Shown here: in pieces, positions 9,472 through 19,338 of the stretch | How the letters are laid out: every line of letters begins with the position of its first letter | Numbering within the stretch: the first letter of the stretch is position 1 | IMG/VR virus record: IMGVR_UViG_3300022654_000026 | Span: 1 to 64,000 of that record | DNA length: 64,000 nucleotides | From: a virus | Taxonomy: Duplodnaviria > Caudoviricetes | Reading direction: 5' to 3' (one strand) | Position numbers and translations under genes: made by a program | Notes under the pieces: model-generated | The model's input: the letters and a program-made list of their open reading frames with translations, nothing else | What the model was told of the DNA's origin: nothing | The model's database searches: none

Positions 9472-10211
9472 GTAACGAAAATTTGTTAATAGCCGACGAA
9501 CTGTCGCTATATTTTGGAGATCCTTATGTAATTAATGATTATATTACCATTACAATCCCTAAGATTGGGGATCTTGTAAAATATGGCGAAAGACAATATT
9601 ATTCTATGTTACAAACTATTACTGCAATACCTTCAGAAATGAAGTCTCAACTTTGGGATATGGGAATTGATTGGACTGCTATTACAGACTTTCAATTATT
9701 TATGATGTTGGCCCCAACGTTACCGCAAGATAAAACGTATATTTTGTTTGGAGATTTTGATTTTCAAGCTATGAAACCATTTGAGAATCGTCAAAATGAT
9801 ACTGTCGTGTTGGCAAATCCAGACACGGGAGCGATTATTGATGAATTGGCATATGGAAAGATTAGTTCATATCTATGTTCGGCTCACAGCTTGACAAAAA
9901 AAGTTGAAAAAGCCGCCAACGAATTTACAAAGAAATTTATGATTGAAGAGGATAGACAGAAGCAGGCTTATAGTCAGAAGCAAGAATATAAGTCGTTTTT
10001 GAGACCTTTGATATCTTCGGTAAAATGTCGTATGGGCTATACTTTGGATTATGTAAAAAATATGGGATTGTATGAATTTATGGATGACTTATCCAGATTG
10101 CAGGTTATTGTAAATACCGATGCTTTATTGGGTGGAATGTATTCTGGAATGATTGATACAAAAAAGATAAATAAAAAAGAATTTGATTGGTGTAGAGAAA
10201 TCACCAAATAA
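9468..10211 (+). CDS. Hypothetical tail-module protein
   Basis: 247 aa, translationally coupled (ATGA overlap). Confidence 0.55.
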   Translation: MSNENLLIADELSLYFGDPYVINDYITITIPKIGDLVKYGERQYYSMLQTITAIPSEMKSQLWDMGIDWTAITDFQLFMMLAPTLPQDKTYILFGDFDFQAMKPFENRQNDTVVLANPDTGAIIDELAYGKISSYLCSAHSLTKKVEKAANEFTKKFMIEEDRQKQAYSQKQEYKSFLRPLISSVKCRMGYTLDYVKNMGLYEFMDDLSRLQVIVNTDALLGGMYSGMIDTKKINKKEFDWCREITK

Positions 10212-10295
10212 ATTTCTCATATTGGATAAATGGGCCTATGGCTCTTTTTATTATATAAACAATTATTATTTATTTTTCTTAAGGAGGAAAATATT

Positions 10296-11070
10296 ATGTT
10301 CGATCTTAATAATTTTGTAATTGACAGAGTAGTTCGTGGTATTGCTGTTTCTCAGGGTGATAACACAAAACTCGGCATCAAGGCTGGTGACGTTCTCTTC
10401 TCTATCAACCAGATTACCAACCCTTCTCTGAGCTGCACCTCTGAGTCTACTGACGCTGTTGACGCTCTGAATGTTCCTATCGCTACGTTCTATCGCGCTA
10501 AGACAGCTGAGTTCAGCGCTGAAAATGCTCTGTTTGATATGAACCTGCTTGCTACTCAGGCTGGTACTACTAAGAAGATTGCTTCTTCTACTGCAAAGAT
10601 TGAGGCTCCTTGCTTCCAGACGGTAGACGTTACTGAAGCTACTACTTATACTCTCACTCACACACCCAAGGCTGATCCTAAAGTTTATGTTCTGAACGGC
10701 GATGGAACTCTTGGCGAGAAAGTTACTGTTGACACCACTGCTGCAGATAAGAAGATTGCTATTTCTGGTAAGACCGTTACTGTTGTAATTGGTGAAGCTG
10801 GCTATAAGGCAGGCGATCAGCTCTTCTTCATGTATGACTATGATGCTGACGGTGCTGAGGGTAACGGCGCTGTTGAGGTTGCCAATACTGCTACCAACTT
10901 CCCTGTTGGTTGCAAGTTTATCATGGAGATCCTTGGCGCAGATGTATGCGATCAGACGAATCTGATTTATGCATACTTAATCTTCCCCAATGCAAAGCTG
11001 TCTCCTGATTTCGACTGGTCTATCGCTACTGATAGCACTCACCCCTTCTCTATGAGAGCAATGCAGGAGT
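10296..11070 (+). CDS. Major tail (tube) protein, exon 1 (spliced product 273 aa)
   Basis: SD AAGGAGG before ATG 10296; highly expressed codon bias that stops abruptly at 11070; ends ...MRAMQE-T. Confidence 0.75.
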
Positions 11071-11452
11071 TGAGTTTTACTTACAATGTAGGTAAATTCT
11101 TACTTAGCTCCCGTGTAGCGCAAGCTGCATGAAAAATTACAAACTGAATTGCTGGAAAGTCCTAAAGCTACATTAACTACAGCATATGAGTGAAATATAT
11201 CAAAGTGCGAATGTTACGAAAGTAGAAAAAATAATGTAGATGGTATATGGTTAAATCCTAACTACTGTTTAAAATGGATAATCAGCAGCCAAGTTCCGAA
11301 TAGGAAAAGGTTCAACGACTAATTGTAGGGTCAAGCGATCCGAAGTGGTTTGCTCCTCGACAGAGGATGAAGATATAGTCTGTTCTTACAAGAAATTGTA
11401 AGGCGTACTTAATAGTACCGATTAAGCGTAGCGAACTTAGTTAAACATAAAG
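11071..11452 (+). ncRNA. Group I self-splicing intron (IA-like), ORF-less, 382 nt
   Basis: P1 GGAGU|UGAGU pairs with ACUUAGCUCC giving a U.G pair at the splice site; P AAUUGCUGGAAA, Q AAUCAGCAG, R GUUCAACGACUA, S AAGAUAUAGUC; P3 CAAACU/GGUUUG; terminal G at 11452; splicing restores the frame. Confidence 0.92.
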
Positions 11453-11499
11453 ATTGCGATAAAGAGAAGAAATTGTTCTCCATTGTTATTCCTGAATAA
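11453..11499 (+). CDS. Major tail protein, exon 2 (...(Y)CDKEKKLFSIVIPE*)
   Basis: T(11070)+AT(11453-54) forms TAT (Tyr); open to TAA at 11497-11499. Confidence 0.8.
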
Positions 11500-11537
11500 T
11501 TTTTGAGAATAAAATACTACAAATATTGTTAATACAC

Positions 11538-11551
11538 AATACAAAATGATT
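11538..11551 (+). promoter_or_regulatory. Recurring motif AATACAAAATGATT upstream of the fibre array
   Basis: Exact 14-mer, intergenic, just upstream of TATAAT. Confidence 0.5.
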
Positions 11552-11607
11552 GTAGTATAATATAATTATAACAAAATAAATGAGGAAGTCATAAGCCTTA
11601 TTGACAC

Positions 11608-11639
11608 GAGAGCGGTTTTACCTATACCGCTCTCTTTTT
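11608..11639 (+). terminator. Intrinsic terminator
   Basis: GAGAGCGGT...ACCGCTCTC followed by TTTTT. Confidence 0.75.
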
Positions 11640-11675
11640 GTTGTTTTAAAATAATGATTAAAGGAGTGATCTCGA

Positions 11676-11993
11676 ATGGCACGTGGAAATAAATATACCT
11701 GTGCTACTTGCGGTAAAGAATATGAATTCTGCCCCAAGTGTGCAGTAACCAAACCAGCTTATGATGCAGAGCGTTATTGTTCTAAGAAGCACGCCGATAT
11801 CTTTGAGATTCTTTCTAAACACGGATGTGGCCTTGCAACCGCAGGCGACACATTGAAGGCATTAGTGCCTTATAATACTGACGCTGAAACACTGACTCCC
11901 TCTATTCGCAAGCATATCTCTACCATTAAGGCAGAGTCAAAGCCTGCAGTTGAGATTGTCAGACCAAATGTTCAGCCTGTCAATAATGTATAA
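11676..11993 (+). CDS. Small zinc-binding protein
   Basis: CATC...CPKC...YCSKKH cysteine pattern; SD AAGGAG. Confidence 0.65.
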   Translation: MARGNKYTCATCGKEYEFCPKCAVTKPAYDAERYCSKKHADIFEILSKHGCGLATAGDTLKALVPYNTDAETLTPSIRKHISTIKAESKPAVEIVRPNVQPVNNV

Positions 11994-12035
11994 AAGAAGT
12001 GATTTTATGTCACTCAGGAGTAATTTAATAAAAAC

Positions 12036-12088
12036 ATAAGGAATACCTTACTCCTATTAAACGAGTGCGAGGTATTCCTTATTTTTTT
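12036..12088 (+). terminator. Intrinsic terminator / long hairpin
   Basis: ATAAGGAATACCT...AGGTATTCCTTAT followed by a T run. Confidence 0.7.
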
Positions 12089-12107
12089 GCAAAAGGAGCA
12101 TACATAA

Positions 12108-12344
12108 ATGATAACAAGCAAGCTAACCGGGCGTTCTTATGAGCCCTCAAATAGCAAAATATTATGGATAAAAAATTGCCAGCAGGTAGCAACTTATTTG
12201 TATTATGATGCATATTTGTTCGACGATCTGCTGGATGTTTTATCTACAAAGAAAGATGGAAAACTTGAGTTGACTTGGGTTTTTGAAAAAACTGATAGGC
12301 TGAAGTCACTTTATAATAAGTGGAACACACGAAGCTTCACTTAA
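12108..12344 (+). CDS. Small hypothetical protein
   Basis: SD AAGGAG; 78 aa. Confidence 0.6.
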   Translation: MITSKLTGRSYEPSNSKILWIKNCQQVATYLYYDAYLFDDLLDVLSTKKDGKLELTWVFEKTDRLKSLYNKWNTRSFT

Positions 12345-12370
12345 TCTTTGAAGAAAGGAGTTGATGTGAA

Positions 12371-13120
12371 ATGCTTATACTTAAATTTTCAGTAAGAAAT
12401 CAACGTCTTTCACGTTTTAATTCAGCTACTGTTGCGTCAAATTCCGTAGGTTATCTGCATTGTCAGTTTAATTTTTTCACTGATGATTGGAATGATGTAT
12501 CTGTGAAAATGGCGAATTTCAGTTATAAAGGTAGAAATTATCCTCGTTTAATTAATGAAGACAATATGTGCGAAGTGCCGCCAGAAGTAATTAAGCCAAA
12601 TAGTTCATTTAAAGTTTCTGTTTTTGGCGGCGGAATTACAACTAATACAATCACTATTCCGGTGGAAGATAGCGGCCTAACGTCATATGACGATGGAAGC
12701 GCTTCTGCACAATATTATAACGAGATTATAAATAAATTGACTGCGCAAATTGATGAACTAAATGATACCAAGGCTGATGGTATTATACGCAATGAGGAAG
12801 ACGGCACCATTCAGCTTGTTGCAGATGGCAATCCTATCGGAGATAAGGTTGGTATGAGTGAGTGCGGCATTGCCAAATTTGAAGTTGATGAGAACGATAA
12901 TATAACAATCACAATGAATGATGGTCGTGTAATTGATCTTGGTCATGTTGCTGGCGCTTCTGGTGCAACATTTATACCGCATGTATCTGACGACCTGATT
13001 CTAAGTTGGACCAATGATGGCGGTCTGGAGAATCCGGAACCTGTTGACCTTAATCCATTTGATGAATGGATAGATGATGACGGCGAATTAGAAAGCGACT
13101 ATATTTGGGTAGACGAATAA
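12371..13120 (+). CDS. BppU-like fibre anchor/baseplate upper protein
   Basis: N-terminal beta-sandwich pattern (YLHCQFNF..DDW, CEVPPEV, FKVSVFG); GATFIPHVS...SWTNDGGLENP motif seen in fibre proteins. Confidence 0.5.
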   Translation: MLILKFSVRNQRLSRFNSATVASNSVGYLHCQFNFFTDDWNDVSVKMANFSYKGRNYPRLINEDNMCEVPPEVIKPNSSFKVSVFGGGITTNTITIPVEDSGLTSYDDGSASAQYYNEIINKLTAQIDELNDTKADGIIRNEEDGTIQLVADGNPIGDKVGMSECGIAKFEVDENDNITITMNDGRVIDLGHVAGASGATFIPHVSDDLILSWTNDGGLENPEPVDLNPFDEWIDDDGELESDYIWVDE

Positions 13121-13137
13121 AGAGAGGAGTGATGACG

Positions 13138-13902
13138 ATGGCTCAAAATGTCTTATTTGTTCGTACAACAAAAGAAAAACAAATAAACCGAAAACAATAT
13201 AATCCTAACGCGTTATATTTTTGTGTTGACTCTAGAGAGTTTTATCGCGCCAATCAGCTGCTGACCGATGGTGTAAGAGTTGTTGCGTCCTATGATGCAT
13301 TGCCAGCATTTAATGTGGCGGCAGATGGCATTCTTTATTTTGTTGAAGACACAAAGAACGGTTATGTGTTGAACGCAACACGTGATGGTTGGCTACAGGT
13401 GATTTATGCGCCAAATGATATAGCGCTGGAAGACAAAGAGGAAATTATAGTAACAGTTAAAGAAGAAGTTCTAAAGACTGTTTATACAAGAGAAGAAATT
13501 GACAACCTGATTTCAGACGATGTTAAGTCTATTATGTTTGCCGGAATTGAGATGACTGAGTCAGATGGCGTGTTTAGCATTGATAAAGACGCCGCTCTAA
13601 ATGCCCTTGGCCTTGGTGACATGGAGCAGGTAGAAGCAAATATATTGAAGTCTATTACTTTCGCTGGCACAGAAATGACCGAACTTGAGGATGGTGTTTT
13701 TGGCATTGATAGAGAGGCTGCGCTGAATGCTCTTGGCATTAGCATACCGGAAAGTGAAAGCGGAGAGCAGGAAGTAATAGCGACGGAATCAGTTGTTACT
13801 GAAAAGGTCGAGGAAATGTCTGATGAACTCAAGACATATATAGATGAACAGATTAAAGAAGTAGAAACACCTACTGAAACAATAGATTATGGGGAGATCT
13901 AA
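13138..13902 (+). CDS. Fibre-associated protein with an internal ~40-aa duplication
   Basis: KSIMFAGIEMTE-SDGVFSIDKDAALNALG / KSITFAGTEMTELEDGVFGIDREAALNALG; ends IDYGEI. Confidence 0.55.
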   Translation: MAQNVLFVRTTKEKQINRKQYNPNALYFCVDSREFYRANQLLTDGVRVVASYDALPAFNVAADGILYFVEDTKNGYVLNATRDGWLQVIYAPNDIALEDKEEIIVTVKEEVLKTVYTREEIDNLISDDVKSIMFAGIEMTESDGVFSIDKDAALNALGLGDMEQVEANILKSITFAGTEMTELEDGVFGIDREAALNALGISIPESESGEQEVIATESVVTEKVEEMSDELKTYIDEQIKEVETPTETIDYGEI

Positions 13903-13905
13903 CAC

Positions 13906-14262
13906 ATGGCGACACTACAACTAAAACGTGGTACTGCTAGTCGCTGGTCTGAGTTGAATCTGGTGTTGGCGGCTGGTGAGCCCGGCTTTGTCACAGATGA
14001 AAACAGACTCAAAATTGGTGATGGTACTACCGCATGGAATGACCTTCCTTATGTTGGCGAGAGTTGTGTAGTGAATGCAAGTACACGTTATGACTTCCCG
14101 TCTGTAGGAAAGGCGAATGTAATTTATAAAGCAGAATCAGAACAGATGATTTATCAGTGGAATCCTACGGCACTTAGATATGAAGCACTAAATAGTGTGG
14201 AATCCGACGTGCCTTTGGAGATAAATTTAATTCATGGAGGTAACGCAAATGGCAACTCTTAA
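13906..14262 (+). CDS. Mtd N-terminal/hyaluronidase-N-like fibre module protein
   Basis: LQLKRGT...LAAGEPG...LKIGDG.TAWNDLPY motif. Confidence 0.65.
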   Translation: MATLQLKRGTASRWSELNLVLAAGEPGFVTDENRLKIGDGTTAWNDLPYVGESCVVNASTRYDFPSVGKANVIYKAESEQMIYQWNPTALRYEALNSVESDVPLEINLIHGGNANGNS

Positions 14263-15355
14263 TACGAGAATTATTTTAAGAAATGATTCTACTGCCAACT
14301 GGGAAGCCGTAAAGGCAGACGACAGTTCTATCCTGCTCAAGGGTGAAGTTGGCGTCGAGTTCAATCCAGATGCTACAAGCACTGGCGCAGTCACCAAGTT
14401 TAAGATTGGTGATGGAGTTAGTAGATGGGAAGACCTTCCCTATTACGAAGAAACTTTTGAAAAAGACTTTATTTTTACGAGCCAGTTTGGTAAGTATGCT
14501 CCCGATAGCACCGGTAGCGTAACTGTTGCCGCAAAAGGCAAAACTATGTCCGAATTACTCACTGATGCTTATTCCACGGAAGACACAGAGTTTAATACTG
14601 ATGGGCATAAAATTACTATGCCGAGTATTACTCTGACGGCAGGGTCAAATAATGGTTATAAGGCGTATGAAGTTGGTACGTCTGTAAGTCCTACATATAG
14701 CGTTTCATTTAATGCAGGTTCGTATCCTTATGGCCCAGCAACTGGCATAACGGTTAAAGACTATGCTGTCACTTTCAATGGCGAAACTCTGACCGGTGCA
14801 AGCGGTACGTTTGCAACCTTTAATGTGCCAGATGATTTCAGCCAGGCTGTAAGCGCTTATGCTAATTATAATGCTGCTACGGCTAGCCCCAATTCCAACC
14901 TGGGTAATCCAGTAGATGCTAAAAAGATTGGTGAGGGCAAGACCGCTGCAAAAACTGGCTCAACATTATCAAGCTATAGAAGCATTTTCTATGGTTATGT
15001 AACAAAGGATGTTGCTGATCTGACTTCTGCGGATATTCGTGGTCTTACAAATGGTGGTGCTTATACTGCTGCAAGAAATGTTGAGATTAAGGCGAACGGC
15101 GCAACAGATGTTAAGTATTTTGTTGTTGCTATTCCTAGCTCTAATACTAGAGGTGGTATTAACAAGGTTGAATCTACCGCAGGTATGACCGTTGAAGTTA
15201 CAGATCAGTGGACAAAGAATGGCAAAACAATGAAGGTGGCAGACGCCCGTGGTACTGTTGATGGCGAAGATATTAATGCGGTAGACTATAAGATTTCTTA
15301 TTGGACTTCTGCAACTATTGATGCTGCTACAGTACATAAGGTATATCTTGCATAA
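14249..15355 (+). CDS. Mtd_N-like fibre protein with Ig-like/beta-rich C-terminal domains
   Basis: RIILRND...LLKGEVG...FKIGDG..WEDLPY; YEVGTSVSPT motif. Confidence 0.6.
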   Translation: MATLNTRIILRNDSTANWEAVKADDSSILLKGEVGVEFNPDATSTGAVTKFKIGDGVSRWEDLPYYEETFEKDFIFTSQFGKYAPDSTGSVTVAAKGKTMSELLTDAYSTEDTEFNTDGHKITMPSITLTAGSNNGYKAYEVGTSVSPTYSVSFNAGSYPYGPATGITVKDYAVTFNGETLTGASGTFATFNVPDDFSQAVSAYANYNAATASPNSNLGNPVDAKKIGEGKTAAKTGSTLSSYRSIFYGYVTKDVADLTSADIRGLTNGGAYTAARNVEIKANGATDVKYFVVAIPSSNTRGGINKVESTAGMTVEVTDQWTKNGKTMKVADARGTVDGEDINAVDYKISYWTSATIDAATVHKVYLA

Positions 15356-15368
15356 GGAGGACTAAAAT

Positions 15369-17171
15369 ATGGCTGTTTTTAATGTACCTAATTATTTAGC
15401 AAAAGACGGCTTTGGCATGTCACTGAATATTAGACGTGGCAATCCAAATCCTCTTGATAATAGCTCCGTATGGGCAAGCCTTGCGGAAGCACAGAATTAT
15501 GCAAAGACAGATCCGGTTGCATACGTTGGTCAGATTTTAACTGTTGTAACAGACGTTGTAGTTGACGAAGTAACCGTTAAGACTGCCACGGCTTATGTTA
15601 TCGATAACGAGGCCGGTGATCTTAAGGAAGTCGGATCTTCTCCTGTTGGCGACGAGAAATCTATTACTGTCGCTGAAGATGGCACCGTAAGCCTTTATGG
15701 TATTGCCGGACTTGCTCTTACCAGAGAAGAGGAAGATGGCTCTACTACTAATATTACTTATCAACCTTTACTTGTTAATGGCAAACTTACTTGGGTTGAG
15801 CCTAGCGCTACTACCGTAGAAGGTCTTGCTACTGAGATTGAAGGTCTTAAGACGAGAATTAGTGCACTTGAGAATGCCGTTGGCAAGGCAGCTGAAGGTG
15901 AAACCGAAGCTACTGGACTTGTTAAGGACGTTGCGGATCTCGGTGCTCGTCTTACTACCGCTGAAGACGCAATTGATGACATTGCCGTTATTATTAATGG
16001 CAGAGAGGCCGCAGAAGGCGTAGAGGCTGTAACCGGACTTACTGCACTCATCGCAGAGAATGCTCAGGGCATTTCTGATATTAATGATAAGATTGGAACC
16101 GTAGAAGATGGCAAGACCATCGTGGAGTTAATTGCAGAAGCCGAAGGCAAGATTCCAACAAATATCTCTGCATTTACGAATGATTCAAAATATCAGACCG
16201 ATACTCAGGTTCAGGCAACTGTTGAGGCTGCTATTGCCGGAATTAATCATGCTGTCTTTGAAAAGGTAGAACAAATTCCAGAAGCAAGTGCTGCAACCGA
16301 TAATGTTCTTTATCTCGTTCCTGGTACAGATGGCACACATCACGACATTTATGCAAAAATTAATGGTACGATGGTGCTTATCGATGACACGGATGCAGAT
16401 CTAAGTGGATATGCTAAGCTTAGCGACCTGCATGAACACACTAACAAAGAGGTCATTGATGCAATTACATCTGCAAGAGTGACCGCATGGGATGCTGCCG
16501 AGCAGAATGCGAAAGATCACGCAGATGGTCTAAATACCGCTATGGATACTCGCGTTGCTGGCCTTGAGGCAGTTGGCGCAGAGAAGAACGTTATTGCTAC
16601 CGTAGATACCACACAGTTCACCATTGATGGAAATAGAAACCTGACTCTACTTGATGTTGCTATGAGCAAGGTTACTGGTCTTACTGACGCTCTTGCTGGT
16701 AAGGTTGACAAAGTCGAAGGTTCTCGTTTACTTACTGAAGACGAAGCCACAAAGCTGGAAAAACTTGTTCTGGGTGATAATGGTGAGGTTTCCGTATCCG
16801 GTAAGGTTGCAGCAGGTAATGTCGATGGCTTAGATGCTTGGATTACTGCTCGTGCAGGTACGCTTACTGGTCTTTCTGAGAACAACCTGACCGATGCTCT
16901 TGTTGAAAAGATTAATGGAGTTGAAGCTGGCGCACAAGTTAATAAGATTGAAAGTGTCACTCTTGGCGGTACAGCTATTACGATTTCCAATAAGACTGTT
17001 GATATTCCTGTGGCCGCTATGGAAGCACTTGGTTTAGTTAAGTCTTCTGATGCAGAGAACAAGATTTCTGTTGCCGCAGACGGCACTATGGAAGTAAATA
17101 GCATTAACGTTAATAAGCTTGTACAAACCGACGGCGATACGCTCATTCTTAATGGCGGTTCCGCGAAATAA
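15369..17171 (+). CDS. Coiled-coil fibre protein
   Basis: PLD...AYVGQ N-terminus, heptad-rich shaft, GAQVNKIESV motif, ends LILNGGSAK. Confidence 0.6.
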   Translation: MAVFNVPNYLAKDGFGMSLNIRRGNPNPLDNSSVWASLAEAQNYAKTDPVAYVGQILTVVTDVVVDEVTVKTATAYVIDNEAGDLKEVGSSPVGDEKSITVAEDGTVSLYGIAGLALTREEEDGSTTNITYQPLLVNGKLTWVEPSATTVEGLATEIEGLKTRISALENAVGKAAEGETEATGLVKDVADLGARLTTAEDAIDDIAVIINGREAAEGVEAVTGLTALIAENAQGISDINDKIGTVEDGKTIVELIAEAEGKIPTNISAFTNDSKYQTDTQVQATVEAAIAGINHAVFEKVEQIPEASAATDNVLYLVPGTDGTHHDIYAKINGTMVLIDDTDADLSGYAKLSDLHEHTNKEVIDAITSARVTAWDAAEQNAKDHADGLNTAMDTRVAGLEAVGAEKNVIATVDTTQFTIDGNRNLTLLDVAMSKVTGLTDALAGKVDKVEGSRLLTEDEATKLEKLVLGDNGEVSVSGKVAAGNVDGLDAWITARAGTLTGLSENNLTDALVEKINGVEAGAQVNKIESVTLGGTAITISNKTVDIPVAAMEALGLVKSSDAENKISVAADGTMEVNSINVNKLVQTDGDTLILNGGSAK

Positions 17172-17190
17172 TATATTATATGTACGCAAT

Positions 17191-17218
17191 AACGATAGGT
17201 CTATTCAGGCTTATCGTT
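17191..17218 (+). terminator. Intergenic hairpin (terminator or processing/stabilising stem)
   Basis: AACGATAGGTCT-attc-AGGCTTATCGTT. Confidence 0.5.
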
Positions 17219-17254
17219 GATTTAATAATTACGTAATTAAAGGAGATAATAATT

Positions 17255-19258
17255 ATGGCAACTAAAGAACTTATGACTAGAATTCAATCTAAAATTGCTA
17301 CTCTTGCTGAATGGAAAGCAGTTGAAGAAACATTTAAGCCTCTGAGAGGTGAAATTTGCATTGCAGAAGTTGAATCTGATCCTATTGCGTCTACAGCTCC
17401 CACTATGCTCATCAAAGTTGGTGACGGCGAGACTTTTTTCAAGGATCTGACATGGCTTTCTGCGAGAGCAGCGGATGTTCAGAGCTTCCTGAAGGTTGAC
17501 TCTAATGGTGCTGCTTGGACAAAATCCAACTTCGAAGCATGGATTAAGTCTCTTGTAACTATCGATGACGTTGATACAAGCGCGTTTGCTCTTAAGACTG
17601 AAGTACAGGCAGTTGATGCAAAGGCAGAGAAGAATAAGACTGATATCGCTGAACTGACTGCTAATTACAATACTTTCACTGGAACTACTTATGTTAACGA
17701 CAAGGCCGAACTTGTTGCCGATATCGAAGCTGCTCAGAAGGCTGCTGATGATGCACAGGATGACCTTGACGCATACAAGACTTCTAACGACGCGGCTGTT
17801 GGCAAGGCTCTTACTGACGCAAAGGAATACACTGATGAGTTGAAGGACGGTGCAGTTAAGACCAATACAGAAAACATTGGTAAGAATACAACTGCAATTG
17901 CTACTCTTAGAACAGACATTCAGACTGGTGATTCCGTCAATGACTTCAAGGCTGTAGAAACTGCACTTGCTGGTAAGCAGGCTGTTGGTGACTATGCTAC
18001 TAAGGCTGAGGCTCAGGGCTATGCTGACGCTAAGAATGATGCTATCGCAGAGGCTAAGAAGGCTGGTACTGATGCGGCTGCTGCTGTAACTGCGCTTGAA
18101 AACGGCAAGGTTAAGGACAACGCTGATGCTATTGCTGAACTTGAAACAGCAGTTGAAAATCTCGGTGGAACTTCCGCTGACACCTATGAAACAAAGACTG
18201 ACGCTGCTCAGAAGTTAACCGACGCCAAGGATTACACCGATGAACTTGCAAATGGTCAGGTAAAGGCTAACAAAGAGGCTATTGAAAAGCTCAATGGTGA
18301 CGCAACTGTTGAAGGCTCTGTTGACAAGAAGGTTGCTGATGCAATCAATGACTTTGCTACCAAGGTAACTGGTGACAACAACACCTATGATACATTCAAA
18401 GAACTCGTTAACTACGTTGCTAACCACGGTGGCGAAGCCGCTGAAATGGCTGCTGCTATTGACGCACTCGAAACCAAGATGGGCGAAACTTCCGTTGATG
18501 CACAGATTAAGGCTGCTATCGCCGCTGAAAATCTTGATCAGTACGCAACAGATGGTGACCTTGCTGGTCTCGCAGGCACTGTATCTGCTATGGACACTGC
18601 TTACAAGGCAGCAGACAAGACTCTTCAGGACAACATTGATGCTGCCGTAGGCAGAGTTGCAACCCTGGAATCTGAAATGGATTCTGCTGAGGGCAGACTG
18701 GACTCTCTGGAAGCACATGTTAAGGATGTTGAAACCAATGCGGAAAAGAATATCATCGAAACCGTTAAGGTTAATGGTGTTGCTCTGACTCCTGATGCTT
18801 CTCGCGCAGTTAATGTAACCGTTCCTACTGGTGCTCTTGCCTCTAAGGACAAAGTTAGCAAGACTGATCTTGGTGAAGCTCTTGCTACAGAACTTGATGC
18901 AAAGGCTACTGAGGCAGATCTAACTCTTGCTGAGGGCAGAATTTCTCAGAACGAGACTGATATCGATGCTCTACAGGACAAGGCTCACGAGCACGGCAAT
19001 AAGGCGCTTCTTGACACTTACACTCAGACTGATGCAAATCTTGCTGATGCCGTTGCTAAGAAGCACGAGCATGCGAACAAAGCTGTTATCGATGGTATTG
19101 ACGCAGACGACATCACAACTTGGAACACTGTTACATCCAAGGCTGCTGCTTCTGATCTGACTGCTGCTACTAACAGAGTTACTGCTCTTGAAGACAGAAT
19201 TGGCTTTGACGGCGATGTTCTGATTTTCAATTGTGGCAGTTCTACTATCAATGTTTGA
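17255..19258 (+). CDS. Mtd_N-like long coiled-coil fibre protein, probably high copy
   Basis: PLRGEICI...IKVGDG...LTW; repeated AKEYTDEL/AKDYTDEL and HEHxNK motifs; capsid-like codon bias. Confidence 0.6.
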   Translation: MATKELMTRIQSKIATLAEWKAVEETFKPLRGEICIAEVESDPIASTAPTMLIKVGDGETFFKDLTWLSARAADVQSFLKVDSNGAAWTKSNFEAWIKSLVTIDDVDTSAFALKTEVQAVDAKAEKNKTDIAELTANYNTFTGTTYVNDKAELVADIEAAQKAADDAQDDLDAYKTSNDAAVGKALTDAKEYTDELKDGAVKTNTENIGKNTTAIATLRTDIQTGDSVNDFKAVETALAGKQAVGDYATKAEAQGYADAKNDAIAEAKKAGTDAAAAVTALENGKVKDNADAIAELETAVENLGGTSADTYETKTDAAQKLTDAKDYTDELANGQVKANKEAIEKLNGDATVEGSVDKKVADAINDFATKVTGDNNTYDTFKELVNYVANHGGEAAEMAAAIDALETKMGETSVDAQIKAAIAAENLDQYATDGDLAGLAGTVSAMDTAYKAADKTLQDNIDAAVGRVATLESEMDSAEGRLDSLEAHVKDVETNAEKNIIETVKVNGVALTPDASRAVNVTVPTGALASKDKVSKTDLGEALATELDAKATEADLTLAEGRISQNETDIDALQDKAHEHGNKALLDTYTQTDANLADAVAKKHEHANKAVIDGIDADDITTWNTVTSKAAASDLTAATNRVTALEDRIGFDGDVLIFNCGSSTINV

Positions 19259-19278
19259 TAAAGTTTGTTAAGTTTTAT

Positions 19279-19306
19279 GGGACTGGCTTGAAAAATAGCC
19301 AGTCCT
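19279..19306 (+). terminator. Intergenic hairpin
   Basis: GGACTGGCT...AGCCAGTCC stem between genes. Confidence 0.5.
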
Positions 19307-19338
19307 AATTTATATAGGATAATAAAGGGAGATGATGA

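Noticed and set aside
10160-10175. A_AAA_AAG slippery heptamer near the end of 9468..10211 (tail-chaperone-type -1 frameshift)
   Set aside because: The -1 frame hits TAA within a few codons, so no extended product; no convincing slippery site was seen in 41024..41596 either
10230-11132. 300-aa ORF as the complete major tail protein
   Set aside because: The true start is ATG 10296 (SD), and the last 20 codons lie within the group I intron
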